Positions 39,667-53,429 of a stretch of DNA of 64,000 nucleotides are shown here, in pieces. Both the position numbers and the translations under genes were made by a program. A model generated the notes under the pieces. The model was not told where the DNA came from. It searched no databases and saw only the letters and a program-made list of their open reading frames with translations. The stretch's first letter is position 1; every line of letters begins with the position of its first letter. The stretch is from Mobula birostris (Eukaryota), in NCBI RefSeq assembly GCF_030028105.1, contig NC_092380.1:62493717-62557716 (forward strand), given 5' to 3'.

Positions 39667-40759
39667 CTGGATGAGAAAAATACAGCATTAAATCTCCACT
39701 GAAGCAACACCCTGATGCTCTCGATTCTTGATTCCACACGGAAATATGAACAGAATGCCATTGAATCAATCTGCAAATGTGACTGGTGCAATTTTCTTCC
39801 AAATTCCCCATTTGATTTCTTGTCCTGAAAGCAGCTCTGAACAGTCTTTCAAATCTCCTAACTTAAAAACCTTTCGAGCAGGCCCTCAGCATTCTCAAAG
39901 GAAATACCCACACTACTGATTATTCTGGGCCTCACGTCACGAAGATGTGCTAATGGGCGTAAGAGCAATGAAGCCTTGATGAACAACATTTCCACCATGT
40001 TTCGCTGCTCTTTTTGGTCTGTTTTATATTTAGTGATTTTGGTTGCTGCAGAACACTTACCCAGTCTTCCCATTTAAGGACTGTCACTTCTTTTTACCCT
40101 TGTTACCAGGACACTATTCCTGTTCCAGTTCAAGTGGAATGCAGCCCCTTCTGGCTCAGAACTGGCGACAGTGCCTCAACAAAAATAAAACAATTCTTTC
40201 TAATGCATTAAAGAAAAATTGCACCCTTAATCCCTTAATCCTCACTGGTACTACTGTCATTTTGTAAACTGGCCCTGAAATGTGTGATTACCATTGAATC
40301 TATGCCCAAGAAGACTCAGGTCCCATTTTGGGCACGAGATTTTGGTTTAAGAGGTAATTGATCTGACTCGGGAGGCAGAGAGGGACCTATTCCCCATGTC
40401 CTTCACTGAGCCAGCTCTGTGCTCAGTCATTTCACCAGGTACAGTTGCTCCAGCACACTCCTGGAGGTCTTAGTCTCAATGATCTAAATGCCCTCTTCCA
40501 CTGGAGAATGGTAACCCAAGTTCACTCACTACACGCTGGAGTAACTAATTCTTTAGGATTCTTGAAATTCTGGCTTTACATGTATTCACAATGTAGTTAA
40601 ACAGTGACTGGGTTAGAGTTGCGCTGGGACTCACTTTAGTGGCTGAACCGGTCCGCTTTCTCATTCCCTGTCGACTAAAGCACTCAGATTTCCACAAAAT
40701 GATCAGTACTTTCCTGGCAGCCCCTCTATACTCATCACCAACAATAATGACATGGTCTA

Positions 40760-42410
40760 CAGAAAGGAGGTGCAAGGCAAATAACCTCTTCCTCAATGTC
40801 AGTAAGATAAAGATGATTAGCGACTTCAGGAGAGCTCGCACCACTCACACCCCTCTTTAGGTCTGCGGCACAGCAGTGGAAACTGTGTGCGGTTTCCAAC
40901 TCCTGGCAGTGTACATCTCACACAACCTGTCATGGTCCCAGAACACATTCCGTACAATCAGAAAAGCTCACCTGAGTTGGACCGCGCACATCTATTCTCA
41001 CATTGTTCTGCTGATGCAGTAGAGAGCATCCCAACAAGCTGCATCACCGTACGGTAAAGAAACTGCACTGCGGCGGACTGAAAAGCTCTACAAAAGGTAC
41101 TCAAAACAGCCCGACATCACTGGCACCTGCCTACCTGCCATCAAGGACATATATACAAAAAGGTGCCGGAAAAGGGCCAGTAACATCATGATGGATCCCA
41201 CCCACGCTGCTCGTGATCTATTTGTCTCACTCCCATCAGCGAGGAGGCCGCGTAGCATCCATGCCAGATTCAAAATCAGTTACTTTACCCAAGCAATATG
41301 GCTGATTAACACCTCAACCCACTAACCCACTCCTCTATACCCCCAAGCACCACTATTTTATCATTTTCTATCAGGCACCTTATGTACAGACACTCCTGTG
41401 CCTAGCGTCACTTTATGGACATACAATCAATCTACAAGCTACCTTACGTATTTATATTTATAGCAGAGTCCAGTTAATTGGGCCGCCAGTTAATTGGGGC
41501 AGCTACTTATTTGACACAACTCTTAAAGAACAAAAACTGAATCGAGAAAATAGTCAGGTTTCTCTTCGTTTTATTGGGACACTAAACTGCTTAATTTTGG
41601 CAAGAGACTGCTGGGAACAGTTTCTAACTAGTGTCAGTCATGTGCACTTGTGTGCCCATTAGACACAACACCATACCTTGATTGAACAGGTTTTAAATAG
41701 CGTCAGATGCTTGCATTTGTGTTCAAAAAACAGCAATTTCTCATGATAGTTGGTGAGAAATAAGACAACTCCAACTCAGAACTATTTTGCTCACTGTGGT
41801 TTCAAGCATTCAGGATTGGAGATAGCAGAAACAGCCAGGAGTGGAAAGGAAACAATTTCACTACTTCAACAAGTCAAAAACTATGAAGAGTTTGAAGGTA
41901 TTGACACACTCATCTTATACATACCAATTAAAATGAAGATTTGGAGGATGCAATCATTGAAAGCATTGTATGAAGGCAGTCTATTATCTGCACTGATTTT
42001 GCTCATTTACAGTCAAAAGAATGTGACACAGATGAATTCCTCCATCAACTGGTACTAGGAACTAATACATAGTTTATAGTAGTGTAGTAGCATTGGTAGT
42101 GTTCTAACTTATTTTGTATTTTATTTAGATACATCATTTGTCATAATTTGTTACTCAATTTGTCTTTTTTATACATTTTTAGCCATTTCCATTAAATTTT
42201 AGTTAATTGGGGCAGCAGTTTAATTGGGCCAAAATGTACTGGTCCTGGTGTGTTCCAATTAAATAGAATCTATATGGTTGTGTTTATTATTATTATGATA
42301 TTCTTTATCTTATTGCGGGTTTTTTTTGTGCTGCATCTGATCTGGAGTAACAATTAATTCATTCTCCTTTACACGTGTTCCAGAAATGTCATTTAAAATC
42401 TTGAATCCTT
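40760..42410 (+). mobile_element. Rex1-like LINE 3' part, split by a DNA transposon
   Basis: CKANNLFLNVSKIKMISDFRR and downstream Rex-like C-terminus. The AT-rich tail resumes after about 42275 and ends in TCTTGAATC. Confidence 0.65.
41461..42272 (+). mobile_element. Non-autonomous pogo/Tigger-like element
   Basis: Degenerate TIRs (GAGTCCAGTTAATTGGG / CCAATTAAATAGAATC), repeated subterminal AGTTAATTGGGGCAGC, and an internal remnant QNYFAHCGFK resembling a pogo transposase C-terminus. Confidence 0.6.
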
Positions 42411-42579
42411 GTATCCAAGAATCCTCAATCTAACATCTTCCATCTTTAACCAAGCCGGCTGTCAGCCTGACACTCTCTGGAGGCAATCCACTAACATCTA
42501 CTTTTCCAGAGATCTTGGCTGCTAATATTTTCCTCTTCTGTGGAAGATAATTGCCTTATTTAAAATCTGTGATACTCAC

Positions 42580-42743
42580 GTGTTTCCACTCGTGCAGATA
42601 AGGGAGGTAGATTTTCCCATTGGCATCAACATGTTTTCCTGTTTTGATCATCATGGTGCTAGTGGGTTTTACAAAGCAGATTGGTGGGTTGTAAGGGTAG
42701 GAGTCCAGCAACCAGAGACAGACGGGGATATTGTACATATTGC
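42580..42743 (-). CDS. TSG101: TSG101 exon 4 ([27 protein letters not shown]...[11 protein letters not shown])
   Basis: 164 nt. UEV core. Confidence 0.97.
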
Positions 42744-43550
42744 CTGCAAAGATAAAGTAGTCAAACGGCTTTATTGCTTCTAAAATAAACTGACAGCTCA
42801 TTTAAAGGGGTGAATACAGTAGGTCAAGATTGGCTTCAACAATAAATTAAAAATAAATATGACTAATTAATATTCCAATGCTGGTCCATGAATGAAACAC
42901 ATTGGGCTCAATGTTCTTAGACCAGAATGACATCTCCAAAGATCTGTGAAGTCTTCTCTATTTCTAATTCCAGCACTTCCTCTCAACGATGCACCCAGAA
43001 AAGAAATAACAGGAAAGCCCCTGCAGACAGATCATGATCCAAATCCACCCAGTAACACATGCTGGCAAGTCAAGTTAACTCTCAGGTCCGCTCAGCCTCA
43101 TGGTGCACAGAATTCATTCTCCCTTCCTTGATACGGTTAGAACTTCCTACTAACCACCTCCAAACTATAGTTTTCAAAGAGCATGAATTGAATACAGAGT
43201 TGATTATTGTTCCAAAGTTTAACCTCCAACTTAGCTGACATCCAGATGTGCCACCTATTACATATACAAACACGCTTGATATTCCTGGCACATCAGAGGA
43301 AGGCACGTTATGCTGGTGAACCCACAACCAGATCATAACCGAGAGTCCAGCGGGGTTTCTAGAACATAGGTCCAAGAGGCAAAGCTTACTTATACTTTTG
43401 ATTACAATTTAAAATTTTCTAGTTTTTAAAAAAATAATTATTTTTGATTTATAAATGTCTTTAGAGATATTTAAAGCTGTGACAAGTCAGCAGCAGCTTT
43501 GACAGAAAACAAAGTCCCACTTCCACAATTGCTCATAATTCCTTTCTTAC

Positions 43551-43616
43551 CTTTGTAGCTAACTGGGATCGTCCCGGTGAGACTCATTAGCTCCTGTGAA
43601 TTACCATTGTTGAATA
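43551..43616 (-). CDS. TSG101: TSG101 exon 3 (FNNGNSQELMSLTGTIPVSYK)
   Basis: 66 nt, ttttag| ... G|gtaaga. Confidence 0.95.
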
Positions 43617-45227
43617 CTAAAACCAGAAAGGGAAAACAAAGTCAACATCTCACTCAATCACAAGTGTTTATGGAAAAGACACTCAGCTTCATCAGTATGT
43701 AATGAAACCATGCCACCTGGTGCAGCAAAGAACATCAGCACAAGCAGTGGTAACACCGAGTGTCAGAGCAGCTCATGGTGAGAAGCTGAAAAAGCTTCCA
43801 CATTTGTGACCCAGTTTAACTCACATTTAAGAGCAAATCAAGTGAATACTACAACAGAACATTGCTTTTCAATTTATACATTTCACATTTGATAAATGGC
43901 CATAAACGAGACCCACTGAACTATTCCAAATGGAATAGATCTGTATGACGGAAGTTCAAGTACACACAGGAAACACTGAAAGTTATTACACACAAGTACA
44001 AACAATAATAATTCATGTATATAAATGCAGGAAAGAAACAACTAAAGATATTGAACTCAGTAAGGTAATCCAGTAAAATGGGGAAGATGACAGCCTATGA
44101 ATTATACCAGCACTTTGAAACCAATGTCAGTACATTTCAATTGCCTTTATTCCTGTTTTTTTTTAAATCACAACTCAGTTTCACACAATATGAATATCCC
44201 TAATTGTTCCTTAACTGGAATTGCCAAATAAGGCAATTAGTTCAAGAGAAAATCAGATTTGTGTAATAAATCACACAGTAGATGGTACAGATGAGCCAAG
44301 GACGGCGGATTTTCATGCCCGAAAGGAAGTGAGTACACCTGGCAGATTTTACCACCCAACGGATTCATGCTAATCAAAATTTGTTAACGAATTTAAATTG
44401 CACAGATGCTGTGTCGGAATGCAAGCTCAAATTAGGATTTGAAGAATAATGCCAATTTAGCAGGAAAAATCACAGAGAAACGTAAAGGAAATAATTCTGA
44501 AGGGGATGCCCACACACTACATGCATGTCGCACTCCCCCCACCACAGAGTATCCACGAGGCACCGCCTCAGGAAGTGTTGAGGAAAATAGTATCCGTAAA
44601 GATTTTGATAGACAAAGGGTTAATATTGGCTTTTTGAGTATGGAAACCAGTTTGCAGCTTGGTTTGTTATAGATCTGGCCTTGGCTTTTAGCAGACACGA
44701 CTCTTCAAATAAATACTTGCAGTTGATTATCTTGTAAGAATTAGACTCAAGGACGAGACAAACTGTTAATACAAAGTTGTACACAGGACTTAATTTTTGA
44801 ATTTTGACTGCTGCTATGGGTATGGTTTATCACAAGAGAACTGCATGTGAATCTTGCTTATCTTTTCCAATTCACAAGGTTAATTGAACAGCCTTTGCTT
44901 TTGCAATGGATTTGTACATGCATAAAAGGAGCTGTGCTCTCTATTATTTGGAGTTCGAAACACACTGTTAGAGGCTCCACTCTAATTTACTTGCATCAAC
45001 CTTGATCGAATTTCCTTAGGAAATTAACTTCCCTAACGGGAAGGCAGCAGCCCCCATCACAGATCCGGACCACTCGGCCATCCCCTCATCTCACAGCTAC
45101 CACCAAGCAGGAGGTACAGAAGCTTGAAGGCCCACACCACCAGGTTCAAGATCAGCTGCTTCCCTTTTCCCAAATCAACCTGAGTACAGCAACACTATCA
45201 TCACTTTGCATCACAAGAGACTGTTCT

Positions 45228-45575
45228 ACATAGAACATAGAAACATAGAATAGTACAGCACCGTACAGGCCCTTCGGCCCACAATGTTGTGCTGACCCTC
45301 AAATCCTGCCTCCCATATAAGCCCCCACCTTAAGTTCCTCCATATACCTGTCCAGTAGTCTCTTAAATTTCACTAGTGTATCTGCCTCCACCATTGACTC
45401 AGGCAGTCATTCCACACACCAGCCACTCTCTGAGTAAAAAACCTTCCTCTAATATCCCCCTTGAACTTCCCACCCCTTACCTTAAAGCCATGTCCTCTTG
45501 TATTGAGCAGTGGTGCCCTGGGGAAGAGGCGCTGGCTATCCACTCTATCTATTCCTCTTATTATCTTGTATAATT
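45228..45575 (-). mobile_element. Young CR1 LINE 3' end with ACATAGA(A) microsatellite tail
   Basis: ORF LYKIIRGIDRVDSQRLFP..TRGHGFKVRGGKFKGDIRGRFFTQRV, followed by a short tandem tail. Confidence 0.85.
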
Positions 45576-45776
45576 TATGTTTTGTTTTCCTTGTGAATGC
45601 TGCACAGCTGACAAGCAAGCTTTTCACGGCACATTCTGCATACTTGTACTTGTGCAATTGACAGGAAGGTCAACTTGGCAGCAAAGTTTGCGCAAAATCT
45701 TTATAAAACATTCACTAGGCTGCAGACAAGATCACGTGGCCAATTCTGAGCACAAAGCATTAGAAAATATTGAAGG

Positions 45777-46302
45777 GGTGGGATACATAATGCCCTACAA
45801 GACATCTTTAAATGTATATATGACCATATATTTTGGGTATATATCTCAAGAATGGTTGAAAAGAGATAAATATTTAATGAATGTTTGCTGGTGGCTGGTA
45901 AAAACCCTTACTAGGAAATGGTTATCACAGGTGAGTCCAACTTTAAATGTATGGATGGAAATTACAATGGACATTTACAAAATGGAGAAGATAACAGCAT
46001 CTGTTAATCATAAGTTGGAACAATTTTATTCACACTGGAAAAAATGGTTTAACTACATAGGCCTGATTTTATTCTCACAGGTCCATGAATATGTTGTAAA
46101 AAAAAAGATCACTCCCTACTCTGCATATAATTTTCTTCTTTCGATTGTTCTTTCCTTCCTCTCCTTTCTATAAGTGTATACCTCAGATAAATATTATGTG
46201 GAGATTTGTGACAAATATGATTACATGATATATATGTACAGTATCTAAAACACATCTTATGGAAAGTTTGATGATTAAATTCAATAAAAAAAATTACAAA
46301 AA
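45777..46302 (+). mobile_element. 5'-truncated L1-clade LINE with poly(A) tail and target-site duplication
   Basis: ORF2 C-terminus TRKWLSQVSPTLNVWMEITMDIYKMEKIT..WKKW, then AATAAA and an A-tail. TSD AAAATATT(G/T)AAGG at 45764-45776 and 46303-46315. Confidence 0.75.
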
Positions 46303-47079
46303 AAAATATTTAAGGCTCAGAAACAATGCAGAGGAATGGCTTAATTATATGAAGGGATTGATATCACTCCTTACAGCAGTAACAGGAGCTGATCTGTTCA
46401 CAATTACACTGACAGAACAAATTAATTGTCATTGCATGGGGAAAGAGCCAAGCAGTAGACTTAACTGGGCCATTCTTCAAAAGCAGGCTGCCACAAATCA
46501 CTGATGGTGCAAGTGGTCTCTCTTGCTGTGTGATTTTAATCTGCCATTTTATAACTGATTTTGAAATTGTGAAAATAATTCAGAAGACAAGGGTCAACAT
46601 ATCCAAGATGTGAGTGCTCTTGAACTGCCTCTAGTTAAGTTAAACCTAATTCTCAATGCTTGAAATTCCACGCTTGCATTAAGTGAAAATTATTTTTAAA
46701 GTGCTTTCAAAACATTTCTTCAAGTTTGTTACTTTACAAAACTTGTTTTTTTTTTACAATTAAGATACAAGTAATATACAATCCCACTTGGATAGGAATT
46801 AACTACAATGGTTCACACATTAAGGAGATGGGATTTCCATTTGAGTGATCAAACTTGTAGTGAGGAAAAAATGCTTTCCTTGCTGATCTACAGGATGTGA
46901 CTCGTTCACGTGGTACTAATGGTAATTTCTACATCCTGTGCACAAATTGTTTAAAAGATCAAACATATCTTGCCAAAACTCATTAAGAGTGGTGGCTCCC
47001 ACTTCATCAATAACCACAGATATTGTTAAATTAGTTAAAAAGAAAAATGAGACATATACTAAAATTGGATCAGGCCCTT

Positions 47080-49450
47080 GAGGAACAGAAGGGAAGCAGG
47101 ACAGAATCAAGAAATGCTAATGTCTAAAAAGTGCCATGAAACTTCTTATGGCAATTAGGATTTGGGAGAATCCCAAGGTATTCCATACATATATTAAGAA
47201 TAAGAGGGAAGATAGGAAAAGAGAAGGGCCACTCAAGACAAAGAATTTATGTGTGGAGCCAGACGAAGTTGGTAGGGGCTTTACTGAGCACTCTGCATTA
47301 ATATTCATAAAGAAGAAGAACATAGATAGTGGTGATATCAGGGTGGGGTATGTTAATATTCTAGGGCATATTGATGCTAAAAGACTAGTGTTAGGTGTCC
47401 CGAAAAACATTAAAATGGACAAGACCCCATGCCTTGATGGAGTCTGCCACAAGATACAGGAGTGAGACGAGGGAGGAGAATGTTGGAGCTTTGAGAGAAA
47501 TCTTTGTATTCTCTTTAGCCACTGGCAAAGTCCCAGAAGACTGGAAAATAGTCAATATTGTTCCTCTGTTTAAGAAGGGCAACAGGGATAATTGCAGGGA
47601 AATTACTGGAAAAGATTTGCAGGGACAGGACTCTAACTTGGAAAAGAATGTAGTTATTAGGGATAGTCAGTGTGAGGTCCTGTTCACAAGTTAGATCTGA
47701 GCTTTTTAAGGAAGTGACAAAGACGATTGAAGGTGGGGCAGCGGATGTTGTATACATGGATTTTTGTAAAGCACTTCACAAGGACACTCTTGATAGGCAG
47801 GTCCAGAAAGTTAAGTCACATGGGATCTAGTGAGCTGGTAAACTAGATACAAAATTAGTTACAGAAGATAGAGGATAATGGTGGAGGAGAGTTTGTTCTG
47901 ACCAGTGACATTCTGGAAGGATCAGTGCTAGGACTTCTGATGTTTGTAATATTGGACAAAAATGCAGGAAGTCTAATTAGTAAGTGGAGGTGAGGATGGT
48001 TAAAGGACACAGAACATATGGACCAGCTGGAAATTTGGGCAAAATGTGGAAGATGGAATTTAATCTGCACTTTTGCGAGGTGATACATTGTGAAAGGTCA
48101 AATACAAGAGGCAAGTATATAGTAAATGGCAGGACTCTTGGTTACATTGACATCCAGACTGATCTAAGGGTCCATGTCCACAACTCCCTGAAAGTGGCAA
48201 CAAAAAGCAGCTATGGTGGTAAGGAACCCGTAACAATTGTCGCCTTTGTTGGTCAGGCCATCAAACATAAAAGCTGGCAAGGCAGGTTGCTGCTGTATAA
48301 AATTTTGGCCAGACTGCATTTATAGTCTATGTCCAGTTCTGGGACTTCTGGTCTGTATTTTACCTACAGAAGCAAAAGGTCTACAGCGGCAGCGGTCTCT
48401 CCGGCTCTCCATTCGACATTGAACCACCCAGACAACAGCAATAGTAACATCCGTCAGCTGTTTATTGATTACAGTTCACTGTTCAACACCATCATCCTCT
48501 CAGTACTAATCAATAAGCTTCAAAATCTGGGCCTCCTGTCCCTCCCTCTGCAACTGGAGCCTTGACTTCCTCCTCGGGAGGCCACAGTCAGTGCGGATCA
48601 TCCTCCTCACTGACAATCAGCACTGGCTCGCATCAAGAATGTGTGCTTATCCCACTGCTCAACCCTCTCTCTCCGAGTGTGTAGCCAGACAGCACTCAAA
48701 CGCCATCTCTTCATTCGCCAGTGACACAACTATTGTTTGCAGAATCTCCGATGGTGATGTACATCAACCGTGCACTCAACAGCAATAAGACCAGGGAATT
48801 GACTGTGGACTTCAGGATGGGGGGGAGCCAGGACATAACACCTGTCCTCTCTGAGGGTGTAACAGTGGAAAGGGTGAACAGCATCAAGCTCCTGTGTGTC
48901 AATATCGCTAAAGATCTACTCCGAGTGCAATTATGAAGAAGGGCTGCCAGCAGGTATACTTCATTAGGAGTCTGAAGAGATTTGGTGTATCACCAAAGAC
49001 CGAACAAATTTCTACAGGTTTACAGTGGAGGGTGAGCATTCTGACTGATTACACCACTGTCCAGTATGGAGACACCAATGCACAGGATTGGAAAAAGCAG
49101 CAGAAGGTTGTAAACTCAGGATTCTAGCTTCCCCACCATCAAAAACATCTTCAAAAGGCAATGACTGGAGATGGTGGCATCCATCATTACGGACTCTCAC
49201 CACCAAAAGCTGGCTGGTCATCGGCGAGTCAAATACTTTCTCAGGCTGGAAATATCAAAATACTAGAGTGCAGAGGTCTAAGATGAGATTTAAAAAAATA
49301 AAGATTTGTGAGGCAAAAGTGTTTTTGTAACACAGAGACTGGTAAGTACGTGGATTGCATTGCCAGAGAAGGTGCTAGAAGCTCATAGGAAGACAATGTT
49401 TAAGAAGCATTAGATATATACATGAATAGGCAGGGATTAAAAGGATATAG
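47080..49450 (+). mobile_element. CR1 RT fragments with a nested Rex1-like RT fragment (about 48400-49200)
   Basis: CR1: ENPKVFHTYIKNKR, GKVPEDWKIVNIVPLFKKG, WKMEFN. Rex-like: IRQLFIDYSSLFNTII, LNSNKTRELTVDFR. Confidence 0.75.
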
Positions 49451-49720
49451 TTGTCAAGCTTCATTGTGAGGGGTTTTGCGTGAGTTTTGATAAAGATTTT
49501 GAAATTGTGTCAATTTGCAAGACGCTAACAATGTAATCCAGAAGAAGATTCTAAAGGTCCACAATTACAAGATGCATTGATATTCAATGATTTACACAGC
49601 TCCTGGGTCACTTCAATTCATTGGCTTAAAGATAACGCATAATCGTCATGGCACAAGAAAAGTCAGAATTACCATGACTGAAAATCAGAGATTGATTTTG
49701 ATTTCTCCCCAATTACTCAC

Positions 49721-49805
49721 CGTATGAATCGTTCACGGGCTTGAGGTCTTTATAGGTGGAGGTAACATTTAGGATTTCTCGCACGGTGAGATCCCTGTAT
49801 TTATA
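49721..49805 (-). CDS. TSG101: TSG101 exon 2 (YKYRDLTVREILNVTSTYKDLKPVNDSY)
   Basis: 85 nt, ttttgaag| ... G|gtgagt. Confidence 0.95.
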
Positions 49806-49979
49806 CTTCAAAAGAAAGAAAAAAAGTCACAATAGTTCTCTCCTTGCTCCTGCTCCCTCCTTCCGCCACCGTCCCTACCGCTCACTCCAGTCCAGCCTCA
49901 CACTCTGCCCCCACCCCTCCGTGCCTTTACTCCTACCGCACTTTTCTCAAGCCGCCTATCCACATCGCCCTCTCCTTAC

Positions 49980-50021
49980 TTTCGACACCATTTTCTTCAG
50001 CACTCCCTCGGCTACCGCCAT
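49980..50021 (-). CDS. TSG101: TSG101 exon 1 coding part (MAVAEGVLKKMVSK)
   Basis: ATG in ACGATGG context, 42 nt, donor AAA|gtaagg. Confidence 0.94.
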
Positions 50022-50069
50022 CGTCCCAACTCCCTTCGCTTTGTTTACTCTTTCTGCCCCTTCTGTTTG

Positions 50070-50300
50070 CGTTTCCTTTTGCTTCCGCTTCCGATCAGGC
50101 AGATCCCAACCGGAAGCACTCAGCTGGTCATGCGCGGTTCGGGTATTCTGGAGGGGGGCCCGGGAATGGGAGGGGCCCCAGGAAAGGGCGGGACCCTAAG
50201 AACGGACAGGATTCGTCAATTGGACACACTGATGGATGGCGCCGCCAATGGGAAAGGAGCTCTGGCTGCGGCCGGGTCCCCAATTGGGTTAGTCATGGTT
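50070..50300 (-). promoter_or_regulatory. TSG101: TSG101 CpG-rich, TATA-less promoter
   Basis: Tandem ETS/GABP-type CGGAAG sites (50082-50093, 50110-50116), YY1-like GATGGCG at 50235, CCAAT boxes near 50219, 50245 and 50280. Confidence 0.65.
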
Positions 50301-50714
50301 GGTATTACTTGGTAATACACTACAGGAACGTTTGCAGGTGATTTGGCCTTTCGCTATCTGTTGGGCTATTTTAACTGCTTGTCTCAGAAGTGCTGTCCAC
50401 TGCCGCTCTCCAACTGACCTGGCACACTTCGAGCACTTTTGAAAGGGTGAATAGGCAAATCTTGCTCCATTCACGTTGTGCAAAGCCATTATACTTTATA
50501 CTTCAATTGATTCCAAAGAAAATTTGTGTCACAGTAGTAGCATCACAAGTGCACATATATAAATATTAGAAGTGAAGTAGAACGAATTTTTAAAAAAGTT
50601 ACTTCAAACAGTCTAATATGAAGGGGTTATCACTTCCCCGGCTATAGGTTGACTCATAATAGAGCATAATGGCCGAGAGGTAAGAATGACCCTCATACAG
50701 CAGATTTAATCAGA

Positions 50715-50960
50715 AAGATAATAGCTGCGAGAGGTGATTCAACCAAGTACTGAGCAAGGGGGGGGGGGGGAAGCATACGTTTGAACTGCTGACATTTTAG
50801 TTTTTGAATGTTTACTTTCTCATGCTTTAATTTTCCCTGTTTGGGGGGCTTGACTGAAAAAATGAGCATGTGATTCACAAATAAGATTTCTCAGTTATGT
50901 TGATCAAAATCCCTGGTTCTAATATTTATATGAACAATGGATTGGGGACGCTGTAATAAC
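50715..50960 (+). mobile_element. Tc1-like transposon 3' remnant
   Basis: Plus strand encodes IIAARGDSTKY*, the typical Tc1 transposase C-terminus, followed by a G-run and TIR-like sequence. Confidence 0.5.
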
Positions 50961-53429
50961 TTGTCCTCTTAACTCTGCGGCACTTGCATACTTGTTTTCA
51001 CGGAGTAATGCGCACGAACACCGTGATTTCTTTCAATGTCAACACATTCTGTCACTATTAAATTAATATTTTCTCCACCAAAGGATATAATGCACATTTA
51101 TCCACATAATACTGCATCTGCCAAGTATTTGTTCACCAATTAAATTTATCTAAATTGTCTTGAGGCATCTTTCTCACAACCGCACAAGTCTTGCGCTGTG
51201 GGCAAATTGAGAATTTACATTGCATTTTCTCATCTAGCTGTACATTATGAACCGCTGGAGCTCAAGTACCAGTTCCTGCAGTACCCCATGAGTTACATAT
51301 GCCTGCACGATGATGTCACTCTGCAGGAGCAACTTCAGCGAGGAGAGCAGCAAGTTCCTAGCTCGGCAAACTAGCAGAGCAAACCCGACCAGCAATCACG
51401 AGTCAATGAGTCAGTCTGTTCCAAAACTTTACGCTGGGCAATTACACCATCTTCTGATCGCTTAGTATCAAAAATGAACTTCTTCCAAAGGAAAGCCATG
51501 TTGTGTTTCACCATTTTTTTTGCATTATAAAATTTATTTAATAATATAAACAGGGAAAGATCATGTACGTTCAATTTTCATTTGGAAAGAAGAATTTTAT
51601 CGTAATATGGTCAGTCTCTCAGAGGAGCCTGCACAAGTTTATTAACTAACCTCTTATTGTGGCACAGTACCAAATCCAGGAGAGCTAGTTCCTTAGTTGA
51701 CTCCTCAATGTATTAATCTAACAAAAAAAAACTGTAAACTTCAGGAGTTCATCCTGTGCAGTGTTACTGCTAAGCTGGTTTGACCAGATTTCAGTAAATT
51801 GAAGTCAACCATGATTCCATGCATCACCAGCTTTCTATTTGATACTGTTACCTATATTAAAACTTAGGGTTGAAAGTCTTGTGGAAACGCCTACCAATAT
51901 TTTCTGCCCTTCGGTATTCCTTGGTTCCACCCAAACTGATTCGAGGTCTTGATTTTCTGAGCCAATACCCTTCCTCGACATTTCTCTCATTTCATCGTTC
52001 ACTAACACCATCCCACCTTCCTCTTTAATAGACTTCCCAGCTATCGTTACCATGCCTCTATAAAGTAATTATAGGCAATACAGCTACAATTATTAAATTG
52101 CCCACTTTATTATGAATACTTCACTTATTTAGATACAGCATCTTTATAGTTATATTTTTAAACATTTTAGAGACCTTTGCAATTTTTGTCCTATGGTCTT
52201 ATTTCTCTTATTACAATTTTTCTTACCTGGAACCGGTTTATTACTGCACTCCAGTAATTTGTGTTCTTCTCAGAAACAATTTTATGATATTATCCCACGT
52301 GTTCCTCATATAGTCCTTCCTTGTTTCTCTTTAGCACTCTCCATTTCTCTGTCTCACACACCCACCCATCCCAAAAGATCTCTCTCCTCTCAGTGGCAAT
52401 ACCAGGGCCCCACAAACCCTTCCACACCAATCACTGAGCCACACAGTTATCTCTCAGATTCAATTAAATTTGTCTTTGGATGATTATATAAGTTTCTGCT
52501 TTTCAGTTTTGTCTGCACATACTCAAATTCCCTCAGCAGAAGCTTTCTCCTTGTCCTACGAGCACTGATACCTAAATGGACTAAGACAACCGTATCCTCC
52601 CCTTCCAAGCACTTCTCCAGCTTCAGGAATTTTCACAATAATTGCCCGTCACCCTCAGCGCAGAAGTTCTGATTATGGCACAAGTACCTTCTTAACAATA
52701 ATCATCATTAATGCCTATCAATCTCTGTCCTGGAAAGGATATATGATTCATTTAAACTCATTCCAGTACAGTCATCTATTATTATTTTCAACTGTCATTT
52801 TATGTCTTTTTTTCTTCTGATAATTTGTTCTTTAATTATCTATATTTGTTTTATGTTTTATTTTCTCCTTCTATATATCTATCCTTAAAAATCTGGTGTT
52901 ATTGGTTTTGACAGTTACCAAAATCCCATCAGTTCTGATATTAGCATTTGAGCTGGAGAGAGAGGGCAAAGGAAATTTTGGTAACTACCGACATAAACCA
53001 TGAGATACTCTTTTTATTTCAGTACGATCTAGTTGATGCTGCACGGTCTTGCAGGGCACAAAAGCCTGAAATTTTAAACACTTCTGACATTAGCTCTCAT
53101 TTATTATCTCTTCAGTAATATAAAGAACATTGGAGTCCATTCCATAAATGAATTTGAGACATTGACAATTACATTGGATTGGCCTTCATGATGGTTATTT
53201 GTTATATTTTGCAGGTTTAGTGCTTTAGGTATTTGCCCAATCAATTTGATTCCCGTCTGATCATACTGGGACAAAAGGCTTAACAAAATAGTCTGCCGAA
53301 TCACTTCAAACATTTCTATTTAGGTGCAGTTTGTTGCTTGTCCATCTTCCAGCAATATACTTACATCGTTCCTATTGTTTCAAGTCTCTGTATGCATGTC
53401 ACTTGAGTCTATCATGTAGGGATATCAAG

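Larger units (their letters stand above)
26554..50021 (-). other. TSG101: Tumor susceptibility gene 101 (ESCRT-I), coding span (10 exons, 1185 nt, 394 aa)
   Basis: Exons of 42+85+66+164+127+64+104+203+240+90 nt join in frame with GT-AG introns. Domain order: UEV, Pro-rich, coiled coil, PTAP motif, steadiness box. Confidence 0.97.

Noticed and set aside
45577-46173. 198-aa ORF as a novel host gene
   Set aside because: Its 3' part is L1 ORF2 C-terminus bounded by a TSD and poly(A). The 5' part is chance read-in from flanking sequence.
49756-50341. 147-aa and 165-aa plus-strand ORFs
   Set aside because: Antisense to TSG101 exons 1-2 and promoter. GC-rich, stop-poor sequence with low-complexity translations.
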